DNA of 64,000 nucleotides from contig CAWFQB010000001.1 of the NCBI GenBank assembly GCA_963817895.1, positions 1,344,001 to 1,408,000 of the forward strand, read 5' to 3'. Origin of the DNA: an uncultured Chthonomonadaceae bacterium (GTDB lineage Bacteria; Armatimonadota; Chthonomonadetes; Chthonomonadales; Chthonomonadaceae). The notes beneath the pieces are model-generated. The model was given only the letters and a program-made list of their open reading frames with translations, searched no databases and had not been told where the DNA came from. A program made the position numbers and the translations under genes. Each line of letters opens with the position of its first letter. Positions within the stretch are counted from its first letter, which is position 1. Shown piece by piece: positions 10,031 through 21,056 of the stretch.

Positions 10031-11446
10031 CTACGGCTTGTTGTTCCACTTCACATGGCCGTCGGCGTAGATGATAGCGACACCGCCGGGACCGGGGTAG
10101 GTTCCCAGAATGGTTTGGGCGGGATATTCTATGTCTTTTAATGCGCCGCCGCTGTAGGTATAATTCAGGCCATCCAGAATGGCGTCGTCTTTCAGATACG
10201 GCGAAACTACGTCACCGGATGGGGGAAGCATTTCGTCGTAGTCCTGACTGTACATAATCAGCGCAAGTCCTGCTTGTCTGGCATTGCTTATGACAGCGGC
10301 GCGCAGAGCCTGGACGAACGCCTCGCGTGGCACGCGGTTCAGGGGCGCAACCCAGGCCGCATCCTGCGATAAATACAATACCGAGTCGCCGCGCGGAGAA
10401 AGCTGCGCGTTCGCGGCGTCCGCGCACAACAGAGTACGCTCCGAATCTCCTTTGATATCTGTTTCCAGCCACAGCGGATACGCCCGGTGACGCGCCGCGC
10501 CCTCACTCAAAATCTGCGTGGTTTGCCGAACGCGCAGCGGGCCGACATAAAATTTGACAGCCGCAGCCTTGCCCCCTGTAAACGCGGGCATTTTGTCCAA
10601 TCGGGTCACAGCGCCAGTTGTGCTATCCATACGCGCGAAGCGTTGTATGAGTTTGGCCGCATTTGCCGAGTCGCCCGCTTTCTCGCCCGCGTTTTTCTCA
10701 AACCACCAGAGCAGCAGCGCGCTCCCATCCGGCATCCATTCAACGGCTAGATTCTGCTCTTTCGGCAAGGCGAGGGGTGGCCCAGGCGCGCCGCTGCCGT
10801 CCAGAATTCGCGCCGTATTGTCTTTGCTGTCGTGCAGGACAATTTGTGGTTTGGTAGGCGAAATGCTGTAAGGCAGCCATGCCGTCTGCGGAACTTCGCG
10901 TACATGGTCGCGAAGAGCGTCAATCAGCAGCAGGGCGTAATGCGGCGTTTCTGTAATCTGCTGCGTACCCTGCGCGTCCGGTTGCATGCCGCGCTCCAGC
11001 CACTGTATTGGCAGCAGCGCGGTTTGCGTACCCGGCAGCCAGGATAATTTGCCGGTGGCGAAGAGGCCATCCGAGGGCGTTGGGCCGTTGTGCTTCCACG
11101 CCGTCAGGCCGTGTTTCGCAGTCGGGTTCCACAGCATCAGGCTGACTTCCACAGGCGGCGGCTCCAGGCTTTGCGGGTCGGGGCGGGTATTTAAGGTTTG
11201 AGCGCGAAAGACAATCACGCGCCGGCCATCCGGGGACCACTCGGCAAAATTCACGCGGCCATCGGACACCAGTTGTGGCGGCTGCGCTACAACCGCCTCG
11301 CGTTCCAGAAGGACGTAGCGCGGCATCGCGGAAGAATTCCGGTTTTGCGCCCGTCCTCTCAGCCCCATCAGCATTAGCGCCGCGCAGCCTGTCACGGCTG
11401 CCCCGGCAATCCATCGTTTCCACTCTGTTCGCCTGTTCACGCGCAT
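10031..11446 (-). CDS. Exported beta-propeller-like protein with C-terminal DUF1559/H-X9-DG-type domain
   Basis: Signal peptide; WSPDG/WMPDG/LSPRG repeats; SNARQAGLALIMYSQDYDEMLP...YADGHVKW. Confidence 0.65.
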   Translation of the reverse strand: MRVNRRTEWKRWIAGAAVTGCAALMLMGLRGRAQNRNSSAMPRYVLLEREAVVAQPPQLVSDGRVNFAEWSPDGRRVIVFRAQTLNTRPDPQSLEPPPVEVSLMLWNPTAKHGLTAWKHNGPTPSDGLFATGKLSWLPGTQTALLPIQWLERGMQPDAQGTQQITETPHYALLLIDALRDHVREVPQTAWLPYSISPTKPQIVLHDSKDNTARILDGSGAPGPPLALPKEQNLAVEWMPDGSALLLWWFEKNAGEKAGDSANAAKLIQRFARMDSTTGAVTRLDKMPAFTGGKAAAVKFYVGPLRVRQTTQILSEGAARHRAYPLWLETDIKGDSERTLLCADAANAQLSPRGDSVLYLSQDAAWVAPLNRVPREAFVQALRAAVISNARQAGLALIMYSQDYDEMLPPSGDVVSPYLKDDAILDGLNYTYSGGALKDIEYPAQTILGTYPGPGGVAIIYADGHVKWNNKP

Positions 11447-11793
11447 TTCTCCCCCGCTTCCGCAGTAAATTGATTTTGCATCGGCCCTGTTCTACCTTGT
11501 TAGAGGGATCCAGAGGGCGCTTTGGTTCAGGCTTCACCCCTGTTTCTTAATCCATATTCATCAACGCGGCCTTCGAGCTGCAGGTAGTACTCAGGCTGAC
11601 GCGGATATTTTCTCAACAAGTCTCTTGTTTTAGTTGGATTTAACCATAATGATAACCTGATTATTACCGGAAGCGCCCGCGCTTTCGACAGCATAAAACA
11701 CTCACATAGAATTTTCGCATCAGGTTGCCAGGACGCAAACTACCAACTACGCGCTTTTGTCTTGCCCTGTCAGGCAGGACTTTCGGAGGAATT

Positions 11794-12819
11794 ATGTTTG
11801 GCCTCAACGCATCCCGTAGAACAAAAGTGGGCTTGGCCTTCACGGTGATGGTGGGTGGCAGCCTGTTCCTGTTGCCTCTGTTCCTCACATCGCGGCAGAC
11901 TGGCTCCGCATCTATTGCCAGCGCTGCTCCCGCCTTATCGCTTGCAGACGAACCGATTCAGCCGCTTTCGCCGCCCGCGAACTTCAATCCGGCGAAAGCG
12001 CGGCTTGGCCGCGAGTTGTTCCACGAGCCGCGCCTGTCTGCGGACAATTCCGTATCCTGCGCCAGTTGCCACGACCTCCGAACCAATGGGATAGATTGCA
12101 GAGCCGTGTCGGAGGGCGTTTATCATCGTCACGGAACGCGCAACGCGCCTACAGTGTTCAATGTCGGCATGAACTACCGGCAGTTCTGGGATGGGCGCGC
12201 GGCAACTCTGGAAGAGCAGGTAGACGGCCCCCTGCAGGCTCAAAATGAGATGGGGTCCACCTGGCGAGACGCGCTCGCCAAATTGCGGCAGGATGCCCAT
12301 TATACCTCAGAGTTCCACGCCTGCTATCGGGAAGGCATAGAACCCGAAACGGTACGCGACGCGATTGCCACCTTTGAGCGTTCTCTTGTCACCCCCGATT
12401 CGCGCTTCGACCGCTTTCTTCGGGGAGAGAAAAACGCGATCAATGCAACGGAACTTACCGGCTATCATCTTTTCAAGTCACTCGGTTGCGTGTCCTGCCA
12501 TCAGGGCAGAAATGTGGGCGGCGGCATGATGCAGCCGTTTGGCGCGCTGCAATCTCCCGACATGCGCGGCGCAGGGGGTGGAACGAACGAAGCTGCGGCG
12601 CGGGAAACCCCATCAGAAACGCTTTACAAAGTTCCGAGCCTGCGCAATGTCGCGCGCACCGCCCCCTATTTCCATGACGGCTCCATAGACAGCCTTCCCA
12701 AAGCGGTTCGCATTATGAGCGACGCGCAGCTTTGCCGCCATCTTTCCGAGGAGGAGGTACGGCAGATCGTCGTGTTTTTACAGACCCTGACCGGAACATA
12801 CGAGGGCAGACCGCTATGA
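11794..12819 (+). CDS. Di-heme cytochrome c peroxidase family (CCP/MauG-like)
   Basis: CASCH and CVSCH heme motifs, RNAPTV, QFWDGRA, KVPSLRNV..TAPYFHDG; GGAGGA RBS. Confidence 0.9.
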   Translation: MFGLNASRRTKVGLAFTVMVGGSLFLLPLFLTSRQTGSASIASAAPALSLADEPIQPLSPPANFNPAKARLGRELFHEPRLSADNSVSCASCHDLRTNGIDCRAVSEGVYHRHGTRNAPTVFNVGMNYRQFWDGRAATLEEQVDGPLQAQNEMGSTWRDALAKLRQDAHYTSEFHACYREGIEPETVRDAIATFERSLVTPDSRFDRFLRGEKNAINATELTGYHLFKSLGCVSCHQGRNVGGGMMQPFGALQSPDMRGAGGGTNEAAARETPSETLYKVPSLRNVARTAPYFHDGSIDSLPKAVRIMSDAQLCRHLSEEEVRQIVVFLQTLTGTYEGRPL

Positions 12820-15555
12820 AACAAACGATACGCTTTCGTCCACAAATCGGAACCGGGCTGATCTCCTGCGCGGTTCTGGGAGTGATGACAATCCTGTTTG
12901 TGGCGGCGCGGGGAACCGACCCGGCCCGCTATGATGCCACATCGGAAACCCTCCGCCGGATAAAAGAGCTGGACGCGGGCGTCAATGCGGACGCCTTTGA
13001 ACTGCGGTTCGGACTGCAAAACTCCTGCGACGCGCTCAACGATAAACTGACCGCGCTGGCGCAGCTTCGCGCCCAACTGCGGGGTGGCCTGAACGCGCTG
13101 GAAGGCACCCCCTCGGCGGAGATGCGAAACGCGCTGGAAGCCGGGGAACGGCAGGGCGTTTTGAAGGGCAATCTGGCCGAGCAGTTCAAAACATCCAACG
13201 CTGTGCTTGCCAATTCGCGCTACTATTTTCCGGCGGCCTGCGCGTTTGTTCGCGGGCATTATGCGCGTTCGGCTGCCTGGCCCGCTTTCGACTCCGATCT
13301 GGCAAGCCTCGAACACGACATTCTGCTGCAAAATATGTCGGGTGAGGAAGGGTTGAGCGCAGTCGCGCTGGAACGCATACATAGTATGCAGGCACAAGAA
13401 GCGCGGCTGGAACCGGGCGCGCGGTGGGATGTACACAGCCTGCTTCTTCACGCCGGGATGTTGATACGCAGCAAGCAGCGCGTGGATGGGCATCTGGCAG
13501 CCCTGATTGCCGTTCCCTCCGCAGCCGCCTGCGATCAAGTGATTGCCGTTTTGGAGCAGCGGCGACACGCCCGATTTCAGAAGACCGGCCTGTACCGCAT
13601 GGCGATGTTTCTGGTGGGGCTGGCCGTCTTCGCGTACGCGCTGGCGACCTTCCGCAAAACCCGCCGACAGGCCGGGGAACTGTCTTGCGCCAATGAGACA
13701 CTGGAAGCGCGGGTCACGACAAGAACCCGCGACCTGCAAAATACGAACGCGGAACTGCGGCAAAGCGAGCAGCGTTTCCGGGCTATTTTCGACAACGCTT
13801 CCATCGGCATTGCCCGCCTTTCGCTGGAGGGCCGCCTGCTGGAAGCGAACGGCGCGCTTGCGCTCTATTCTTGGCCGCGCCGAAGCGGAGTTGACCGGGA
13901 GCGCGATAGCAGAGTTTATCGAAACGACCTGGCTGGAACATTTTCAGGAACGGATTGCCGCGCTGCAACACGCGGCAGACATCGCCGCGCCCGGCCTTTC
14001 CGCTTACGAAGAGGTGAAGTTCGCCCATTCGGACGGCTCCGAGCGGTGGGGACAGGCCGGCATGTCCCTGGTGCGCGCGGAAGCGGGAACGCCGCTGTTT
14101 CTCATTCTGCTGGTACAGGATATCACCGCCCAAAAAGCGGCGGAACAGCGCATCGAACGGCTCGCGTACCACGACTCGCTGACGGGACTGCCGAACCGGA
14201 CGGCGTTTCTGGAGCGGCTGAAAACCGCCATCGGACGCGCGGAATCACAACAGCAGCGCATGGCCCTGCTATTCATAGACTGCGACAACTTCAAGCAGAT
14301 CAATGATACGCTGGGACACGAGGCGGGCGACGAGTTCCTGAAGCAGCGGGCCACCTGTATGCGCGACAGCCTGCGCCCGGATGATACCCTGGCGCGGCTT
14401 GGCGGCGACGAGTTCACCATTCTGCTTGAAAATTTGCCCGATGAGGCCACTGCCGCGCATATTGCCCGCCGTATTCTGAAGAATCTGAACGAACCCATGC
14501 GCCTGATGGGGCAGGAGATTTTCGGCGGAGCCAGCATTGGAATCGCCTTCAATCGCGGGGACGAGGTGACGGCGGAAAGCATGCTGCGCAACGCGGACAC
14601 GGCCATGTACCAGATCAAGACGGCCAGCAAGGGCGATTGCATTGTCTTCGAGCAGGATATGAACGACCGCGCCAACGAGCAGATGCGGATTGAAAACGGG
14701 CTGCGGCGGGCATTGGAAAAGGGCGAACTGCGCGTTCACTATCAGCCGCTGATTGATCTCGCCACGGGGCGGCTGACGGGTTCCGAAGCCCTCGTGCGAT
14801 GGGAGCATCCCGAACTCGGCCTGATTCCCCCCGGCAAGTTTATCCCTGTCGCCGAAGATACGGGCCTGATTATTCCCCTCGGCAACTGGGTGCTGGAAGA
14901 GGCGTGCCGGCAGACGAAAGAGTGGCAAACCCTGTGGCCGCAGGACCCGCCCCTGATGGTGAACGTCAATCTTTCCGGCCACCAGTTGAAACGCGCCGAT
15001 GTGGTGGAAACGATTGTGAACATCGTTCTCAAAACGGGTTTTCCCATCAACTGCCTGCGTCTGGAGATTACGGAAAGCGTGATGATGAGCAATCTGAACG
15101 AGGTCAAAGCAAAACTGAACCGGCTGAAAGCGATGGGAATCAAGATCGCTCTGGACGATTTCGGCACGGGCTATTCTTCAGTGGCGAGTCTGGTAGACCT
15201 GCCGGTAGACAGCATCAAGATAGACCGCTCGTTCGTGTCCCGTCTCGGCCAACAGGAGCAGGCAAACGCCACAATCGGGGCAATCATCGCGCTGGCGAAA
15301 GCGCATGGCCTGGATGTGACCGGGGAGGGCGTGGAAACGCGGGAGCAGATGGCGCATCTTCAGAATTACGGGTGCTTGCTGGGGCAGGGCTATTTCTTCG
15401 CGAAGCCGCTGTCTGCCGACGCTTTCCGCTCGAAATTGGATACAGGCGATGCCTCCTTTGTCGGCAACATAAGCGGCCCGGCAAAACAACGCGTCGAAGG
15501 ACTGCTGTACCAGTTTTACAACCCGTCCGTCGAACAAACGCGACTGGCCGCGTGA
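12816..15555 (+). CDS. DAHL-type sensor-PAS-GGDEF-EAL protein; frameshift near 13858
   Basis: Two TM helices around a helical sensor domain, PAS (FRAIFDNASIG..QDIT), RLGGDEF, EAL, DDFGTGYSS; ATGA overlap with the peroxidase gene. Confidence 0.85.
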
Positions 15556-15623
15556 CGGCCACTCCTGCTTTTGAAGCGTTGCGCCAGCGCAACAATCAAG
15601 TATTGCGCGTCTCCGCCGGTACA

Positions 15624-15663
15624 ACGCAAAAAGAGTAACTCGTTTGAGTTACTCTTTTTGCGT
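15624..15663. terminator. Bidirectional terminator between convergent GGDEF-EAL gene and tRNA-Ala
   Basis: ACGCAAAAAGAGTAACTC-gttt-GAGTTACTCTTTTTGCGT perfect inverted repeat. Confidence 0.75.
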
Positions 15664-15679
15664 AATGCAATCTCCGTTA

Positions 15680-15752
15680 TGGAGCTGAGGGGATTCGAAC
15701 CCCTGACCTCCTCGATGCGAACGAGGCGCTCTCCCAACTGAGCCACAGCCCC
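15680..15752 (-). tRNA. tRNA-Ala(CGC)
   Basis: GGGGCTG acceptor, CCTCG-TTCGCAT-CGAGG anticodon arm, GGTTCGAATCC T-arm; CCA not encoded. Confidence 0.97.
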
Positions 15753-16377
15753 AAACTTCAGGCGTTAAGTATATACTGACAAAAATGTCAATAAACTTGC
15801 GCCACGCACTTTTTCAACTCTTGTTCTCCCTCCGCAACCTACCTGGTTGATTGGGAGATTAGAGTTCGCAAATATCGGATGCCATCTGATATTTTCACGG
15901 TTAGTATACTCCTGGGAATGGGAAATTGTCAAGCGGGTTTTTGGCTGGCGGCGGGGAGGCTGCATTTAGATGGCTGGCGCGGCTTACGGGAGCATGTCAT
16001 GCCCTGCTTTCGCTACGCCTGCCTGCCGCGCATTCGTTTGTCTGCCACCCGTTCGCCGCATTTCGCGACAACTATGCGTCAGTCGCTTGTTTTCGGCGTT
16101 TGTTTTTAGCCCACTCGTTGGTGGCTCGGTTGGCGCAGGCGCGGCAACGACGCCTGCCATCGCTGCGCGTAATGGTGTTGACCGCATCAAATGGGTTCCC
16201 ATGTGTGAGGGAGAGAGGTCGGTCATAAAACAAAACTATGGAAACACGCAAGTTTGGGTAGTGGCCGGATTGCTAATGGGAAGATTGCACTATCGTCAAC
16301 CCTGAACATAGTAGGGCCAGGCAGAAAAAGTCTTTCTGCCTGGCTGTATTGTCATCACTGCGTCGTGAATAACCTTC

Positions 16378-17547
16378 CTATTTGTGCAGCACCGTTTCAT
16401 GCACAGCGCCGCCGCCGAAGCCGCCTCCTGCCGCTGGTTTTGCAGGCGCCAAGCGGTACGTCGTGGCCTCTTTTGAGGTCAGCCGTAGCGTTGTACTTGC
16501 GGTAGAACGGTTCTCCGCAGTCGTCCTGGCGTCTGTCGCTGCCGCATAGAACGCCTTGATCTGCTCCGCCGTCACATTCTGTGGCTTCTGCTCCTTAGCA
16601 GGCGCGTTCTCAACGGCATCCGCGGCATATCCACGCAGGAGTTTGGGCCAGAGTTTGCGGAACAGAGCCGGATCGCTGAAACTGTCCAGAGCCACCACCT
16701 TGCCATTGACGCAGGCAACCGCGCCAACCAGATGTGGATCGCGGCCCAGGCTGTTCTCAAGTGCCTTGATGTACGTGGGAACCTCACTTTTGGCTGTGCC
16801 TTCCGCCATCGTGAGCGCAGTGCGGTAGGTGTCTGTGGCAGATTTCGTCTTGAATCGGGCATTTTTCGCTGCTACTTTGTCCCACACTTGCTGCTGTCCC
16901 TCACTGACACGTCCTGATGTCGCCGCAAGCGCAGGCGTTCCCGGAGACACGCGGGCCACACCGCCCGTGGTTTCCGCGTTTGTCTGACGGGGTGTTCCGG
17001 CGACATGAGCCGTCGCGCGGTCAGCGTAAAAGTTGCTTTCCTGCGCTCCCAGCCGGATGTCAGCGCTTGCCACACTCGGCGCGCTCGCCTCAAAATCGGC
17101 GTGTCCGTTCCAACGTCCATGCTCCACACAGAAGACGGTGATGGGAACGCGCTTTGCGCCTGCTTCGACAAGCCGATCCTGTCCGAGACAGCGATCCTGC
17201 TGTCCGCCCAGCACCACTTCGCCTGCCATCAGGTACAGCGGTTTGTCGCTGCGATTGGTGACATAGAGCGTGTTGACAGCGCCACCCTCCTTTGACTCCT
17301 GTACGGAAACCGTTTTGGCTTGCAGTCCCTCATCGAGCGTGAGATAGGTGTTGGTGGAATGCGCGGCAGGATCATAGATGGGAAGAACGGTGAGGTTGCG
17401 AAACGTGTGTGGCGTACCCAGTGTTCGGCGTGTGTCCAGTCGCGCCTGCCTGGTAGTTGAGACGGGCGTGGTTTGAGCGTGAATCTGGGCGAAAGGGCCT
17501 GTAATCATCAGGCCCAGCATCAGGGCAGCGATTCGGCGTGTAGTCAT
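16378..17547 (-). CDS. Secreted ARPP-1/DUF6569 family protein
   Basis: YLTLDEGL, VNTL, GEVVLGGQQDR, FCVEHGRW, QQQVWDKV, LWPKLLRGYA; signal peptide. Confidence 0.8.
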   Translation of the reverse strand: MTTRRIAALMLGLMITGPFAQIHAQTTPVSTTRQARLDTRRTLGTPHTFRNLTVLPIYDPAAHSTNTYLTLDEGLQAKTVSVQESKEGGAVNTLYVTNRSDKPLYLMAGEVVLGGQQDRCLGQDRLVEAGAKRVPITVFCVEHGRWNGHADFEASAPSVASADIRLGAQESNFYADRATAHVAGTPRQTNAETTGGVARVSPGTPALAATSGRVSEGQQQVWDKVAAKNARFKTKSATDTYRTALTMAEGTAKSEVPTYIKALENSLGRDPHLVGAVACVNGKVVALDSFSDPALFRKLWPKLLRGYAADAVENAPAKEQKPQNVTAEQIKAFYAAATDARTTAENRSTASTTLRLTSKEATTYRLAPAKPAAGGGFGGGAVHETVLHK

Positions 17548-17851
17548 GGCGAGTTCTCCTTTGAAACAGATAGAACAGCAAAAAGATGCTGCTTCGACGT
17601 GCTTGCTGTTGTCTTGGTTACTCGCAACGGCACAAAGGTTCATAATGCCCGGTTCGGGTCGTAAATGGCGTCATCCGAAAAATGTGGCTATCGTACTGAC
17701 GCAGCAGGCGAACAGACTTTTCGCCCGCTGCGTCAGAAGCGAAATTGTTGCTCCGCAGGAATGGGCAAAATGCCAGGCTGGTTGAGCATGGGACACACGA
17801 GAAACGAAAAAGAGAATACTGGAAGATAATCACCGACATTGAGGAGACTAT

Positions 17852-18230
17852 GTGAACGACGAGAAGAACTTGAGCGAGAGTTATGACGGCATCGCGGCTT
17901 TGTCGTGGGACTGGATGGGCGGAGACGATGTACAGGCCGACTTTGACTTCTACCGGCGTAAGATCGAAACGTTTCCGGGTACGGCGCTGGATTTGACTTG
18001 CGGCACAGGCAGGCATTCGCTCCGCTATTTACAGGCTGGATAAACTCTGCCACGATGGGCAGATTGTGCAGGCGGAACTGCACTGTCTTCACCTTCGGTG
18101 GTACTACAAGCATGAACTGACAATGATGTTGGAGCAAGCGGGGTTCCAGGACATCTTCGTTCATGGCGACTACACCGATGCTGCGGCAACCGCACAGAGT
18201 TCCGAAACCGTGTACAGCGCTCGAAAATAA
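17852..18230 (+). pseudogene. Internally deleted class I SAM methyltransferase
   Basis: LDLTCGTGRH then stop at 18043; C-terminal piece LRWYYKHELTMMLEQAGF...ARK ends at 18230. Confidence 0.7.
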
Positions 18231-18257
18231 CTGATTGCACAGTTAGGCAGACTCTTA

Positions 18258-18818
18258 ATGCTCCCAATGTACCATTTACCTGTTCGACGCATCCACATTA
18301 TCGGCATGGCAGGCAGCGGCAAGACCACTCTGGCTCGCCAACTTGCCGAATGTCTGAATGCTCCATGTTACGAATTGGATGTGATTGGCTATGAAAACGG
18401 TTCGGGCGCGAAACGCCCCCTCAAACAACGCCAGGCCGACATTCAGAAGATCGGCGAGCAGTCTTCCTGGATTGTAGAAGGCGCTTTTCTGTGGTGGGTG
18501 GATGATCTGTTGGCTCATGCCGATGTGATTGTATGGCTCGACCTGCATTGGCGGCGGTGCTGGTGGCGCATCGTTCTTCGTCACATCAAGGCTGACCTCG
18601 CCCATAACAACCGACATCCTGGCTTTCGCAATATGCTTCGGTTTGCAGCCGGAGCGCGGCCTTACTACACCAATCCTGTGCCTGCTGTGCCTTCTGCGCC
18701 CGACGATGATGGAGCCAATCGCGCCGCCGTTGCTCAAGTGCTTGCTGGCTATAAGCCAAAGGTAGCGCATTGCTGCCGTCCAGCCGATGTCAAAGCAGTC
18801 TTGAAGCTAATCACGTAA
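18258..18818 (+). CDS. Adenylate-kinase-like P-loop protein (FlaR-like)
   Basis: RIHIIGMAGSGKTTLA, WIVEG, ADVIVWLD. Confidence 0.8.
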   Translation: MLPMYHLPVRRIHIIGMAGSGKTTLARQLAECLNAPCYELDVIGYENGSGAKRPLKQRQADIQKIGEQSSWIVEGAFLWWVDDLLAHADVIVWLDLHWRRCWWRIVLRHIKADLAHNNRHPGFRNMLRFAAGARPYYTNPVPAVPSAPDDDGANRAAVAQVLAGYKPKVAHCCRPADVKAVLKLIT

Positions 18819-19098
18819 GGACGTTCAGGCACATATCAATCAACCTATCTGTAAACTTGTAACAGCAGGCGAAAAATCTTTTCGCCCCCGCGCTTTAGCC
18901 GGGGTATCTGACTGGCGAGATACCTCAACACGAAACGGTTCTTCGGCTGACTCATCAACTTCCTGGTTTTACGATAAAGCCTGAGAAGAATAGCAGGCAC
19001 AAGACGATCTTCCTTTGCAGCGCCACACATAAAAGTCGGCGTTAGCCTCCTCGTAGACCTGAGAACATGAGCCTCCCGCCTTCAGGCGTGGGGAGCCG

Positions 19099-20172
19099 TC
19101 ACAGCATGTAAAGGGGATTGTGGCAGGCGTAGCGATCCAACTGGCAGAGCGGGCGCGTACACATCAGTTGGTATTGAAACACGATTTGCCAGCCGCAATC
19201 GAGCAGCCAGCGCAGGGTATGTTCGTTGGTTCCCGCGACGGCCCAGTAGGGTTCCAGCGGCTCTAAAAAGTCGTACCCCTGCGTATTGCGAACATGAGCG
19301 GCGGACAATTGCGTGACATGCGCCAGCAGAACGGGCAGCATCGGGGGCGTGGCGGCAAGCGCGGGGCCGCTGCAATGGGGACCGATGTAGGCGTAGCCCT
19401 CGATTTCGCCCGTGTCTGCCGCCCGGAACAGGCGGGACGCGCTCATTTCGCCCCCCATGATTTCGGCCCAAAGCCGGTGTTCTGAGGGGCGGGCGTAACC
19501 CACAACGGCGCGGTCCAGTTCATCCAGCCGCTGCTGCACAGATGGCGTCAGCGTAAGGGGCGCGGCAATCAGTTTTGCGGTGTCAACATTCCGCAGGGAG
19601 GCGTTCGGTATTTTACCCGCGCGGCTCGGATACGCCTCATTGGATTGGGTTTCCACAATGAGAGGGCCGTCGGTCGGGGGGCGCAGATTGGCGGCGGGGC
19701 CGGACAGCAGCAGCATGGGAACATGCGGAAAGCAGCCCGCTCGCCGCATGTAAAGCGCGTTGGCGGAGGGGTGATGCGAGGCGAGTACCAGCCGGGTGTC
19801 GGCGTGGGCGCGATTGCCGTCTGCCAGACAACGCTCCAGCAGCGCGCGGCCCACGCCCTGCCGATGATGGGTCGGCAGGACAAAAAATTCCGTCAGGCTC
19901 CACACGCGCTCGCGAACGATGCTGTGCGCGTAGCCGACCACGCGCGGCCTTGCGAACCGGGCGGTCTCTTCGGCCAGCCAGAAACTGGAATCGGGGGCGG
20001 CGCGTAAATGCCGGCGCGTGGGCGCGTGGTGCTGCCAGTTCATCTCGTAGCCCATGGCGCGGCGCATTACATCGAAGGTGGCGGCCTCATCCGCGTCCTT
20101 CGCCCGCCGCAGTTGGATGTTACGCGGCAGGGGAGGAGAAGCGTGGGGCGCGAAGAATGTGGAAAAGGGCAT
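19099..20172 (-). CDS. GNAT family acetyltransferase
   Basis: FFVLPTHHRQGVGRALL acetyl-CoA motif. Confidence 0.8.
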   Translation of the reverse strand: MPFSTFFAPHASPPLPRNIQLRRAKDADEAATFDVMRRAMGYEMNWQHHAPTRRHLRAAPDSSFWLAEETARFARPRVVGYAHSIVRERVWSLTEFFVLPTHHRQGVGRALLERCLADGNRAHADTRLVLASHHPSANALYMRRAGCFPHVPMLLLSGPAANLRPPTDGPLIVETQSNEAYPSRAGKIPNASLRNVDTAKLIAAPLTLTPSVQQRLDELDRAVVGYARPSEHRLWAEIMGGEMSASRLFRAADTGEIEGYAYIGPHCSGPALAATPPMLPVLLAHVTQLSAAHVRNTQGYDFLEPLEPYWAVAGTNEHTLRWLLDCGWQIVFQYQLMCTRPLCQLDRYACHNPLYML

Positions 20173-20251
20173 GCTGTTGCCTTCCCGCCTGCAAGATGCT
20201 TTTCAGGGCGCAAGTGGAAACGTTACCCGCCATGTTGTGCTTCTGCGCAGG

Positions 20252-20404
20252 TCACTTCATGGTGGCGATCACGAAAACAGCCGCGCCCACGAGAAGCAGA
20301 ATCAATACCGCGAACATGGCGGCCACACGGAACAGCCGTTTGGCAATGGCTCCGATTATGCCGACTAACAATAACAGAACGGCCATCGCTACGATTAGCG
20401 TCAT
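20252..20404 (-). CDS. Small two-TM membrane protein (50 aa)
   Basis: AGGAG RBS; MTLIVAMAVLLLLVGIIGAIAKRLFRVAAMFAVLILLLVGAAVFVIATMK. Confidence 0.6.
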   Translation of the reverse strand: MTLIVAMAVLLLLVGIIGAIAKRLFRVAAMFAVLILLLVGAAVFVIATMK

Positions 20405-20415
20405 GTTTGTCTCTC

Positions 20416-20616
20416 CTATTTTACTTTCGGCCAGTGCCGTCGCGCGCCGGTTTTCTCACGGAGCAGGTTCATATTGCGCTTGAACTCTTCTACTTCTCGT
20501 TCTGCTTCAAGCCGCGCGGTTTCATCAGCGGCTTTGCCTTCAGCAATCCAACTATCCAGCAGGGCTATGGCGGCTTTCGCCTTCTCTGTGCCTCCTATGG
20601 TTTGATGTTTGTCCAC
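20416..20616 (-). pseudogene. Partial second copy of the antitoxin (C-terminal half)
   Basis: EFKRNMNL.R...GAR shared with the 21053-21343 product. Confidence 0.55.
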
Positions 20617-21056
20617 AAATCGGCGGGGGCAAAGAGGGCAAGGTGTCCGACATTCACTGTTGCAATAACGAAGTCTGAGAGCGGCAATCCGGTATCAAGC
20701 GCCTGCGCCTCAATCAGCGCGTCGCCATCCAACTCTTTCGGGTCGGCGGTAGAGGTTCCGGCTTTGCGTACTCGCGCTCATAAGTCTGCGGCAAGCCAAA
20801 TTGCTGCATCCGTAACGGACAAAAACCTGTCTGGTTCGGCGGTATTGAAAGCGTCCAATCGAGCAATGCCGTTTGTCTTTCCGGCGCGTATCAGTTCGCG
20901 CCGTACTTCGTAGTCGGCAATGGCGGGAACAAGGAAACGATGTCCGGCGGCTTCCATATCGAATACCCACTGCGCGACAGCAATATTATCCGGGGTCTTC
21001 TTTGGGTTCGTGACCATGCCAAGCGGGCCGGCATCCAGAAAGACAGTCAGGCTCAT
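20595..21056 (-). pseudogene. PIN-domain toxin with in-frame TGA
   Basis: FLDAGPLG, ADYEVRRE, LDGDALI, ATVNVGHL; single TGA at 20778-20780 (likely from TGG), frame continues to 20595. Confidence 0.8.

Noticed and set aside
15765..16370. Several short ORFs, and a TGACA-N4-TGTCA palindrome at 15777-15790 upstream of tRNA-Ala
   Set aside because: No recognisable product; TTGACA to TATACT spacing is 12 nt, too short for a standard promoter
18845..19060. Possible IS605/tnpB right-end remnant (CCCCGCGCTTTAGCCGGGG hairpin)
   Set aside because: Only a short hairpin and no convincing TnpB motif
20778..20780. In-frame TGA/TAG codons as recoding or an alternative genetic code
   Set aside because: Housekeeping genes use TGA and TAG as normal stops; internal stops are confined to accessory genes
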